Shown: positions 16,501-24,126 of the stretch, in pieces
Layout: the number at the start of each line of letters is the position of its first letter
Position numbering within the stretch: the first letter of the stretch is position 1
Source: Owenweeksia sp.
GTDB lineage: Bacteria; Bacteroidota; Bacteroidia; Flavobacteriales; Schleiferiaceae
Assembly (NCBI GenBank): GCA_028277105.1
Contig: JANQHO010000017.1
Coordinates: forward strand, 1-64,000
Reading direction: 5' to 3'
Length of the DNA: 64,000 nucleotides
Notes under the pieces: generated by a model
Database searches by the model: none
What the model saw: the letters and a program-made list of their open reading frames with translations, nothing else
Told to the model about the DNA's origin: nothing
Program-made: the position numbers and the translations under genes

Positions 16501-18467
16501 TGCGAAGTGTCTTCAATGTTGAGGTTGGACACAATATCGATGAGCATTTCCAGGTCAACGCCTATTTGGGCGACCTCTTCTTCCAATTTTTTGATCTCTA
16601 CAACTTTTTCAAGGCCTACTATAGCCCCTTGTTTTTCCTCTATGCGCAAGTGATAGGGAGCCAGGGCTTTTTTATCCAGCAAAAAGGTAGCGCAGCGACT
16701 GGAGATCTTTTCGGTTTGTTCAGAAACAGAGTCCTCCAGTTCAGATATGTAACCCACATCGATGTAGCGGATGTCCTTTAAGCTGATAGCTTCGCCCCGC
16801 AACGAGCGCAGTTGGGAGAGGGCATAGACAAAATCATCGATATTCCGGAAGGAAGTGGCTTTTATCTTACCCAATAAGACATCTGCTTTTTCCTGGAGGT
16901 TGTCGATGGCATTACGGGCAACCTTCCTCAGGGCTACCACCTTTTCAAATTCGTCTATGGCAGCATCTGCAGCCGCTTTGATCTCTTTTACCGGTTCGGC
17001 CAGGACAAAGGTTTCCTTTTGTGATATCCAATAGTAACTGTCTACAATGTCTTTGGCCAGTTTGGAAATATCGGCATACAGGTCGGCATAGCTATCTTCC
17101 TTGTTTAAGAGGGTAATAAGAGCATGGCATTCGGCCGTAGCCTTTACAATGTCTTTATTGCCAATTTTATAGAGCAGCGAATCACTATGCTGGGAAGGGA
17201 TGTAATTCCCTTTCATAAAGGGTGTTTGCCAGATTTGCACTAAATGGTGTTTAGTCTGCTCATTTTCATTGCGGAAGTAACACAACTCTCCATTTTGTAG
17301 GCGGGTAAAGCCATTGCAAATAATGGGAGTCATAATTTCCTGATCGATTACGTTATAATGGATCAGGAGATAGGTGCCGCGGTGTGCCCCATAAAAAACA
17401 TAAAGAAAATCTTCGCCATTGGGCGAGGATATTTTTTGCTGGAACTTAATATCCCTGAGATCATTATCTATAATCTTATATTCTCCCGTTTGCAGATAGT
17501 AACCATTCGGGAAAATAATCCCTTGATCGTCAGGTAGCATGACAACAGTATCTTTTATGCTGTCAATCTTTTTAACTTCCTGTGCCTTGTGATTGTAAAC
17601 AAAGTAGCGGGCTTTCTCATGAAAAGGTTTGATCTCAAGGATAATAAGATTGCCCAAATCCGCAAAACGATACTGACCATCATCCAAAGTCTGGTCTCTG
17701 TGCTCTACCTCTTCGATGTAAATCCCCTGGCCATCATCTGTATTGTCTTCAATCTTAATAGTAAGGTCGCCACCAATAGTTTCTACAAAAACTTTATCTA
17801 AAATAGAAATATGGGGGTGTGGTCCATAGCGGTGCATATCACGATTAACTTCCTGCCAGTTAAACTCATGTTGTATAGGGAAGCGGTACTCATGCTCACT
17901 CCTATTGTCTACGTAATGAAGTTTTTCATCTTTAATCAGCCATTTAAAAGTTTTAATGTCATTGTGGATCTCACTGAGTTGAAATACCATGTGGAGGTAA
18001 TTTCCCACTAAGGCAAATTTGGAAAAGATGGTATGCCTGTAATACTTATAAAGGTTGGAGAAATCGGTCAGAAAGGTATCATCCTGTATGAGGTCTAAGC
18101 CCACCTCCTGAAAGTGCTCATCCTTGTAGCGGTAAATACTGAATACATCAGATAAAGTAACTTCTGTACGAAGGCCAAAGTGAACGTTATAGCCAAAAAT
18201 GGAAAGCTCACCAATAGTTACTATATCACGGGCAATACAATTATTATCGGTATTGATACGGTCATTGGCAATCAATTTGGTTTCAATAGCGCCAAAAACT
18301 TTTTTACGCTCCCCGTTTAGTTGGTCCAGGCGGTTGAGCAGCGATTCTTTGTGGGATTGTAGTCGATTTTTGATAATCTCATACGTCCCACCACTCAACT
18401 GGTGTTGCTCTTTATTTTCTTTTTCCTGCATAGAATAATTTAGAAGATGTTGAAAAGGAAACCCCAT
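13566..18467 (-). CDS. Giant (1633 aa) cytoplasmic protein. N-terminal approx 450-aa mixed domain, long alpha-helical/coiled-coil middle, one C-terminal MoxR/dynein-like (AAA_5-type) AAA+ ATPase module, and a 230-aa helical tail.
   Basis: Walker A LLLVSPPGYGKTTLMEY (encoded approx 14619-14660). Walker B VMLYLDDIQH. Sensor/Arg region VVMAGNPYTESGEKFQIPDMLANRADIYNL resembles the MoxR ATQNP..LPEA..DRF block. No second P-loop and no TM helices. Last gene of a tight operon. Confidence 0.75.
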   Translation of the reverse strand: MGFPFQHLLNYSMQEKENKEQHQLSGGTYEIIKNRLQSHKESLLNRLDQLNGERKKVFGAIETKLIANDRINTDNNCIARDIVTIGELSIFGYNVHFGLRTEVTLSDVFSIYRYKDEHFQEVGLDLIQDDTFLTDFSNLYKYYRHTIFSKFALVGNYLHMVFQLSEIHNDIKTFKWLIKDEKLHYVDNRSEHEYRFPIQHEFNWQEVNRDMHRYGPHPHISILDKVFVETIGGDLTIKIEDNTDDGQGIYIEEVEHRDQTLDDGQYRFADLGNLIILEIKPFHEKARYFVYNHKAQEVKKIDSIKDTVVMLPDDQGIIFPNGYYLQTGEYKIIDNDLRDIKFQQKISSPNGEDFLYVFYGAHRGTYLLIHYNVIDQEIMTPIICNGFTRLQNGELCYFRNENEQTKHHLVQIWQTPFMKGNYIPSQHSDSLLYKIGNKDIVKATAECHALITLLNKEDSYADLYADISKLAKDIVDSYYWISQKETFVLAEPVKEIKAAADAAIDEFEKVVALRKVARNAIDNLQEKADVLLGKIKATSFRNIDDFVYALSQLRSLRGEAISLKDIRYIDVGYISELEDSVSEQTEKISSRCATFLLDKKALAPYHLRIEEKQGAIVGLEKVVEIKKLEEEVAQIGVDLEMLIDIVSNLNIEDTSHTTEIIDNISLIFATLNQLKASIKNKIKTLGSKEAKAEFTAQLKLVNQSVTNYLDLADTPEKCDEYLNKISLQLEDLEGRFANFEEFITQIVEKREEVYGSFEMKKNFLVEARNKKALALQNASERILKGVEKKALSFKSPEAINGYFASDLMINKLRDIVEQLKSLDDVGKAEMLETKLKVVREDTLRKLKDTIELFEDGDNIIKLGNHKFAVNKQPIDLTIVYKDDQLQYHLTGTNLYHSIENEILNQSQRFWNQELVSENSQIYRASYLAYKIFAQNSSPELYNTSEDELAAMVKAEISESYSAGYIKGVHDLDALKILKTLVTKHHELGLLRYRPGLRAWAQYFWYSLPEAERIDLNQAIKASGAVLEIFPQSTEYDYTLEVLAEKIAAFARISQLFAPEPAHSIAQYLFNELKQNNEFEISILARECYDEFVHELEKKQAAQKFRSGYQDIEKYSSRIQLIRQWTTSFIKNTKPNLLAYADEVVCLELFKDESVSRLHHISPYEIIRGIKGEHPTVKEGKFVFDYHEFIHQLQSYYEQEVPAYKEYQKAKHQVIEELKLELKLEDYQPRVLSSFVRNKLIDQVYLPFFGDNLAKQIGALGDKKRTDRMGMLLLVSPPGYGKTTLMEYIANRLSLVFVKVNGPAIGYDVTSIDPMSANNAAAREELKKLNLAFEMGNNVMLYLDDIQHCNPEFLQKFISLADGTRRIEGVYNGQAKTYDLRRNKFCVVMAGNPYTESGEKFQIPDMLANRADIYNLGDIIGNTATLFKLSLMENALTSNSVLNQLSSKYFEDVYSFIQIAETGNEEGVLFKGNHTSQEIQDYLSVLKKVMAIRDTVLKVNATYIDSAAMEDSYRTEPAFKLQGSYRDMNKLVAKVVPVMNDEELQTLLLAHYESESQTLTSAAEANLLKYKELTDTLSKEELERWESIKQIFRKNNKLKALGAKNEMGQILNQMMIFSENLAGIKEVLEKGLDD

Positions 18468-18492
18468 ATTTCAGGGGCTTGCCATCAATGGA

Positions 18493-20550
18493 TCATCCTA
18501 TTTTTTTGTCTGATAAACCTAAGGCCTTGGCTAGGTTGGATAAGTTCAGGAAGTTATTTCTTTCGTCAGCATTGGAAGCTTTGTCCTGTAATTCCAGTAG
18601 AATGTTGGCAATCGTCAGGTTTCTGATATTTTCTGAGGAGATACCATATTTCTCAGCAAACTCTTTGATCTTATCTAAAAGGTTGCCTTTTACATCATCA
18701 TTTCCTAAAATAGCGTCTTTTACATCCTGTATGCTGTTGCTATGGTCAACCAGGCGATCTATGCCCTTGGCTTTAGTGATCTGACCGATGATATTTTCAA
18801 AGAACATGGTTTCACCCCCTACAATATCAATGTTAGCGGATTTCAAGGCTTCACCTATTACCAGAGCCTGGGCGTTGGCAATATCTTTTTGAATGGTGAT
18901 ACCGGCCAGTTCAATTTCTTTCTCTTTATCCAGGCGTAGCTTGAATTCTTCGTGGTCTTTACCTACCCCATCGAGTTTCTTCATAGCCTCAGCTTTTTCT
19001 TCTATACCTGCTGCATCAGCCAGGGATTTTTCCTTGATCACTTCAGCTTCAGCTAATCCTTCTTTCTTAATGGCATCAGCTTTAGCTTCTATACCAGAAG
19101 CTTCAGCTTTGGCTTTCTTTTCTATTATTAAAGCCTCAACTACCCCTTTTCGCTCTTCGGCATCTGCTTTAGCATGCATAACCTGTGCTTCAGATAAACC
19201 AATCGTTGCTTCTTCCTTGGCTTGAGCTTCAGCCAAAGTCTTACGGGCTTCAGCTTCTTTTTCACTCGCTTCTTTATGGGCTTGAGCTTCAATATTAATT
19301 TCTTCTGCTTTTTGCTTGGCAGCTTCTTTCTCAGCTTCTGCTGCTTTTATACGCTTAATCAAGGATTCTTGAGCGTCAGCTTCAGCTTTGGTTATGGTCA
19401 CTTGTTTATCACGGTCGGCTGTCTTAAAAGCCTCAATGTCCTTCATGTTTTCCTGTTCTTCCACCACGCCTTTTTCCAGCATTACACGATCCCTGATAAC
19501 ATCTTGAATGTTCTTCTTTTCAACTTCTACTACTTTGTCTTTCTCAATAGTGGCTAGCGACACAACTCTTTCTCTTTCGGTAGCCTCCAGCAAACGGTCT
19601 TTTTCAACGCGTTCTGTTTCCACCGCATCCGTTCTTTGCTTGTTCTTTGCTGCAATGATTACCTGCCTTTCTTTATTCTCTTCTGCAACTTTTACTTTTT
19701 CCTCTGTTTGGATACGGGCAGATTCTGATTTCAGACGTTCTTCTTCATTTACCTTTTGGATTTCTGCTTCTTCGCGGGCTTTGATGTTGGCAATTTCTCT
19801 TTTTTGCTGTTCTTCTTTTTCAGCTAATTGCTTGTCCAGCTCTAATATAGCTTCGCGGGCTTCAACATCTTGTTTTCTGATGACCTTTTCCTCATCACGT
19901 TTAATCAGATTGGCCTTTATATTTTGAGCAGTAGTGAGTTCCGTGATCTTTTTGATACCCTCTGCATCAAGAATATTATCCGGCTTTAAGAAAGAGATGG
20001 GGGTTTGCTCCAAAAAGTCAATGGCACAATCGTCAAGGACATAACCGTTGAGGTCTGTTCCTATGATATTGATGATCTCATCCCTGAATTCCCTACGGGC
20101 TTCGTATAAAGCACTGAATTCGAATTTTTTACCTACGGTTTTTAAGGCTTCAGAAAATTTAGCTTCAAAAAGGTCTTCTAAAGTTTTAAAATCTGAAGCC
20201 CTGGAAACACCTATAGTCTGGGCTACATTGATAATATCGTCTTTGGATTTATTGACCCTTACAAAAAAGGCTACTTTAATGTCAGCTCTCATATTGTCTC
20301 TGCAAATGAGGCCATCATCACCGAGCCTTTCAATCTGAATTTTTTTTACGGAGATGTCCATAATCTCCAGTCTGTGAACAACGGGTACAACGTATAACCC
20401 TTTGTCGAAGGCAACTGCGGCACCTCCAAAACCTGTTCTTACCAATGCTTTGCCCTGTGGGATTTTTCTATAAAAAGCGGCAATGATAATCACCAGGGCA
20501 AGGAGGGTGATTACGATAACGCCAATAACGGTTAGTGCAATAGTGCTCAT
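18493..20550 (-). CDS. Flotillin-family SPFH/band-7 protein (YqiK/FloT-like) with a long EA-rich coiled-coil C-terminal region
   Basis: N-terminal TM, then SPFH core ...VRTGFGGAAVAFDKGLYVVPVVHRLEIMDISVKKIQIERLGDDGLICRDNMRADIKVAFFVRV..., then AEAEAK-type repeats typical of flotillins. Confidence 0.85.
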   Translation of the reverse strand: MSTIALTVIGVIVITLLALVIIIAAFYRKIPQGKALVRTGFGGAAVAFDKGLYVVPVVHRLEIMDISVKKIQIERLGDDGLICRDNMRADIKVAFFVRVNKSKDDIINVAQTIGVSRASDFKTLEDLFEAKFSEALKTVGKKFEFSALYEARREFRDEIINIIGTDLNGYVLDDCAIDFLEQTPISFLKPDNILDAEGIKKITELTTAQNIKANLIKRDEEKVIRKQDVEAREAILELDKQLAEKEEQQKREIANIKAREEAEIQKVNEEERLKSESARIQTEEKVKVAEENKERQVIIAAKNKQRTDAVETERVEKDRLLEATERERVVSLATIEKDKVVEVEKKNIQDVIRDRVMLEKGVVEEQENMKDIEAFKTADRDKQVTITKAEADAQESLIKRIKAAEAEKEAAKQKAEEINIEAQAHKEASEKEAEARKTLAEAQAKEEATIGLSEAQVMHAKADAEERKGVVEALIIEKKAKAEASGIEAKADAIKKEGLAEAEVIKEKSLADAAGIEEKAEAMKKLDGVGKDHEEFKLRLDKEKEIELAGITIQKDIANAQALVIGEALKSANIDIVGGETMFFENIIGQITKAKGIDRLVDHSNSIQDVKDAILGNDDVKGNLLDKIKEFAEKYGISSENIRNLTIANILLELQDKASNADERNNFLNLSNLAKALGLSDKKIG

Positions 20551-20556
20551 GATTGT

Positions 20557-21264
20557 TTATGAATAGTTAGTATAGGGTTGAACGTAGTAGTATTTTTTAT
20601 CTGAGGATTGCTTGATCACCAGTATTTGTTCCCCTGAATTTATGAGGGAACCATCCAGTGATTTGGCGTAAAACTTTATGGGGCTATCCAGTACTTTAAC
20701 TTCAACGGTGCCAATTCGTTCCCCTTCCAGTTGAGAGAGGCTTATACCTGCTCTGCCAAGTAGGTCAATGGATTGATCGCCCTTGCTGTTGAACTTTTTA
20801 AACAGCCGTTTAAAAGGGCTGGTCACCATCTTATTGATATACAGGGCGGGAATCATGGCACCAAAGAAAAAGAGGAAGCCAATATTGTTGTCATAAGTTC
20901 CGGTAAGGTAGGTACCTGTTACCGTAATGGTCCACCAGATCAACACCCAAAAGGTGAAAGTGAACATGAGTGGCAGGCCTACAAAATTGAAGTAGATGAG
21001 AAAGATCTGAAACCAATTGAGCTTACCTTTTTTTCTTACAGCCTGGTCTTTAGCTTCAGCATTAGTGATGTCTTCAAAATCTACTGACTCTGAAGAGCCT
21101 AAGTCAGCTTCAGCACCCACATCAATGTCTACATCAATATCCGTATCTATATTGGTATCCAAACCTGTAATGATGGCAAATATCCAGTAGATTACAACCA
21201 GCAGTAGTAGTATGCTAAGCCCAATATTGACTTCGGAGAAAAAAACTTCCTTAATAAAGTCCAA
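20557..21264 (-). CDS. YqiJ/NfeD-like membrane protein (TM helices plus C-terminal OB-fold), the usual flotillin partner
   Basis: Several TM segments, an acidic D/I/D/V-rich loop, and a C-terminal ...GTVEVKVLDSPIKFYAKSLDGSLINSGEQILVIKQ... beta-rich NfeD-like domain. 6-bp gap to the flotillin gene. Confidence 0.6.
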   Translation of the reverse strand: MDFIKEVFFSEVNIGLSILLLLVVIYWIFAIITGLDTNIDTDIDVDIDVGAEADLGSSESVDFEDITNAEAKDQAVRKKGKLNWFQIFLIYFNFVGLPLMFTFTFWVLIWWTITVTGTYLTGTYDNNIGFLFFFGAMIPALYINKMVTSPFKRLFKKFNSKGDQSIDLLGRAGISLSQLEGERIGTVEVKVLDSPIKFYAKSLDGSLINSGEQILVIKQSSDKKYYYVQPYTNYS

Positions 21265-21266
21265 TA

Positions 21267-21998
21267 TTACTCCTCTTTAGATGGGTTGGTACCGTCTTCA
21301 CTTAAACCCAACTGCGCTTTTAGTTTTTCCAGGTCATCTTCGGCATTAGCTTCTGAAGTGTCCACAATCTTATTCAACTCATCGTCAATAGATTTGGACT
21401 CATTGGCCATATTGCCGTAGGCATCAGCTAAAGCTTCATCCTGAGCCACTTTGTCTTTCATGCGCTCAAGCATAGAAACGGTGCTGCTGCTATCTATTTC
21501 TGCCATTTGTTTGTTCAGGTTTTTGGTGGCTTTGCTCACCTTAACGCGGGCAGTTAGGGTTTTGAGTTCATTTTCCCATTTACTGATATTGGACTTAATG
21601 GTCTGGATAGTAGTGTTTAACTGATTAGCAGACTCCTCAAATTTTTGAGCTTCTTTTTGAAGTCTCTCCACCTGCTTAAGGCTTTCTTCCTTTTTGACTA
21701 AAGCTTCCTTGGCTAAGCGATCTGCTTCGGCAATATCCAGTTCTCCTCTACTTGCTTTTTTAAGGATAAGAACGGCTTTGTTTTTATAATCTTCAGCTTT
21801 AGATTGGGATTCTTCCATATCGTTTTTGGCACGTATGGCAAGAGCCTTAACCTGGGCTAAGGCTTCCATGCTTTTGGCCAGATCTTCTTTCATGTCCCTT
21901 ATACCTTGCTGGGTTAGTTTAATAGGGTCTTCCATTTTATCCACAGCAGCGTGAGCTTCAGCTTGTCCTATTTTAAAAAGTCTTTTGAAAATATTCAT
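21267..21998 (-). CDS. PspA/IM30/Vipp1-family (ESCRT-III-like) protein
   Basis: MNIFKRLFKIGQAEAHAAVDKMEDPIKLTQQGIRDMKEDLAKSMEALAQVKA... is the canonical PspA_IM30 N-terminus. All-helical coiled coil, 243 aa. Confidence 0.8.
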   Translation of the reverse strand: MNIFKRLFKIGQAEAHAAVDKMEDPIKLTQQGIRDMKEDLAKSMEALAQVKALAIRAKNDMEESQSKAEDYKNKAVLILKKASRGELDIAEADRLAKEALVKKEESLKQVERLQKEAQKFEESANQLNTTIQTIKSNISKWENELKTLTARVKVSKATKNLNKQMAEIDSSSTVSMLERMKDKVAQDEALADAYGNMANESKSIDDELNKIVDTSEANAEDDLEKLKAQLGLSEDGTNPSKEE

Positions 21999-22002
21999 AG
22001 TA

Positions 22003-22398
22003 TTAATTTTTAGAAAATTTTATGATTTGATCCGAGTATTCGCTTAGTAATAAACTCAAGGAGTTTAAGGAAGCTTCCAGTTCGTTAAGGTCGAGGTTCT
22101 CCAATTGTAAAGTGTCTCTGAAGATCACCTTATCACCAGTTTCATTCAGTACAAAAGCTCCATGAATAATGTCCCGGTTTTTTTGAAGCAGGCTTTTGAA
22201 AATCTCCAGTGAAGGAAAGTTTACCGTAAAGATGAATTGTTCGATAATTAGGATAGGGTAGGCTACACCTATGATCAAATTCTTAATTCCGGCCGACTCT
22301 TTTTGAATAACCATAACCCCATTCAATTCATCTTCCAGCGTAATCAAAAATTCGAGTTCCTGAATGTATTCTTTAGTCTTTTGATACTGGTCTTTCAT
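22003..22398 (-). CDS. Small cytoplasmic protein, first gene of the PspA operon (possibly YbjN/YjfI(DUF2170)-like PspA partner)
   Basis: 131 aa, no TM. 4-bp gap to pspA-like gene. The YbjN/DUF2170 call rests on weak sequence resemblance plus gene context; it is not a homology hit. Confidence 0.35.
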   Translation of the reverse strand: MKDQYQKTKEYIQELEFLITLEDELNGVMVIQKESAGIKNLIIGVAYPILIIEQFIFTVNFPSLEIFKSLLQKNRDIIHGAFVLNETGDKVIFRDTLQLENLDLNELEASLNSLSLLLSEYSDQIIKFSKN

Positions 22399-22441
22399 TG
22401 GCGTGTTTGTTTAAGTTAGAGATAATTAAGGGTCAACTTTA

Positions 22442-22461
22442 AGATGTTTTGTAAAACATCT
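22442..22461. promoter_or_regulatory. Perfect palindrome agatgtttt-gt-aaaacatct in the divergent promoter region between the PspA operon and the XRE regulator gene. Candidate operator.
   Basis: 9-bp inverted arms with a 2-bp spacer, seen directly. Located 44 bp upstream of the first operon gene and 188 bp upstream of the XRE gene. Confidence 0.4.
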
Positions 22462-22648
22462 ATGATGATTGCTAAAGTTATTAGAATAATATTTGCCGGC
22501 CACCATCTCAACATTAATATTCTTTTTCTTTTTGAGAAAAGAAATCGGATAGACACCTACCTAAGCTAAAATTATTAACTACTTTAGCTAATAAGAATGG
22601 GGTAAAGATAAGATTTTTTAACCAAATTGCAAATAAAATTAGCATTCT

Positions 22649-23413
22649 ATGACTTTTTTTGGGAAGAATATCAAAAAGATCAGAGGGGTAAAGAGATTGA
22701 GCCAGCAGGCTTTTGCTGATCTATTCGACTTAAAAAGAGGCACTTTGGGAGCCTACGAGGAGGGGAGAAGTGAACCTAAACTGGAAACTATTATCCGGAT
22801 TGCTAATTATTTTAGTGTTTCGATCGATAGCTTGCTAACGCATGAGCTTACGGTAAACCAGTTACTGCAATTTAAAGGTGATATTGCAGCTGCTATTGAT
22901 GAAAACCAGCTTAAAGAGTTTACCCAAATACCTTGCCTTACGGTTGACAAAATAAGTGAGTACTGCAAAAATTTTACGGATAAGGGGCTTATTGAAACCC
23001 TGCCCAAACTTCAGCTACCGGTGATGAGCAAAAGGAAATTGCGGGGCTATATCATCCATAATTTAGAGATGGCCCAAAACGAAAGTGGGCTCTATCCTAA
23101 AGATGTGGTTATAGGGGAAGCCATACCTAAAATAAGGATCAGTGATCTGGAGGAGGGAACACTGAGTATGTTGTTATTGGAAGAAGATTTTTTGATACGC
23201 AGAATATTTATTAACGACAATAAAATAGTCCTCAAAGCTGACCATGAGAGTGTACCTGACAAAGAGATCAACCCAAAAGAATTGAAAGAATTATGGGTAG
23301 TAAAGTACATTTTTAACCATAGGCTTCCTTACCGTACAAATTCGCTGGAAGAAAGGGTCAGAGTATTAGAACAGGAGTTTACGAAGTTAAAATCGTCACT
23401 TGGTGATAAGTAG
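22649..23413 (+). CDS. XRE-family (Cro/C1-type HTH) transcriptional regulator with a C-terminal domain of unknown function
   Basis: ...IKKIRGVKRLSQQAFADLFDLKRGTLGAYEEGRSEPKLETIIRIANYFSVSIDSLL... is the HTH_3 signature. Divergent from the PspA-flotillin operon. Confidence 0.75.
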   Translation: MTFFGKNIKKIRGVKRLSQQAFADLFDLKRGTLGAYEEGRSEPKLETIIRIANYFSVSIDSLLTHELTVNQLLQFKGDIAAAIDENQLKEFTQIPCLTVDKISEYCKNFTDKGLIETLPKLQLPVMSKRKLRGYIIHNLEMAQNESGLYPKDVVIGEAIPKIRISDLEEGTLSMLLLEEDFLIRRIFINDNKIVLKADHESVPDKEINPKELKELWVVKYIFNHRLPYRTNSLEERVRVLEQEFTKLKSSLGDK

Positions 23414-23430
23414 TAATTTATTAGCAGATT

Positions 23431-24126
23431 TTATAACCCCAGGTATTTCTGAAGCTCAGCTTTATAAGCCTCACTAACGGGAATGTAATGTTTACCGATC
23501 ACGATGCGATTTCGTTCTACGGTGGTAAGGTGCTGCAGACTAACGATGTAGGAGCGGTGTACTTTCATAAAGGCGTTTCGAGGCATTTTTTCCTCTAGTG
23601 ACTTTAAGCTCATCAAAGTCATAATAGCGCGGCCATCACTGAGGTAGATCTTTACGTAATCCTTTTGGTTTTCTATGAAAAGTATGTCCTTCCAGACGAT
23701 CTTGATCAATTTGTAGTCTGCTTTTACAAAAAAGTAATCTTCATTTTTCCGGTATGGCGCGTCCTTTTTCAAGGAAAAGTATTCTTTGGCCTTGGTGGCT
23801 GAGTTTAGAAAATCTTCAAAGCTGAAAGGTTTCAGTAAATAGTCCAGGGCATGAACCTTATAGCTTTCCAGAGCATACTGCTCGTAAGCGGTAGTAAATA
23901 TTACCCGGGTTTGTTCCGGCAGCAAACGAGAAAGATTCATTCCGCTTAAGTCGGGCATATTTATGTCCATAAAAACCAGGTCTACTGGTTTTTCATGCAG
24001 GGATTCCAGGGCCTTTAATGAGCTGTAGTAAACTCCTTGTAGTTCCAGAAAGGAAACTTTTCCAATGTATTCCTTTACCAGTTCAATAGCCGGTGGCTCG
24101 TCATCTATGGCTATACATTTTATCAT
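23431..24126 (-). CDS. LytTR-family two-component response regulator
   Basis: REC domain MIKCIAIDDEPPAIE...D plus a C-terminal LytTR DNA-binding domain. Confidence 0.85.
   Translation of the reverse strand: MIKCIAIDDEPPAIELVKEYIGKVSFLELQGVYYSSLKALESLHEKPVDLVFMDINMPDLSGMNLSRLLPEQTRVIFTTAYEQYALESYKVHALDYLLKPFSFEDFLNSATKAKEYFSLKKDAPYRKNEDYFFVKADYKLIKIVWKDILFIENQKDYVKIYLSDGRAIMTLMSLKSLEEKMPRNAFMKVHRSYIVSLQHLTTVERNRIVIGKHYIPVSEAYKAELQKYLGL

Noticed and set aside
18893-19927. Three consecutive plus-strand ORFs (110, 111 and 139 aa) with S/A/F-rich low-complexity translations
   Set aside because: They lie antisense to the flotillin gene's EA-rich coiled-coil repeat region. The open frames are a by-product of the GAA/GCT-rich repeat composition.
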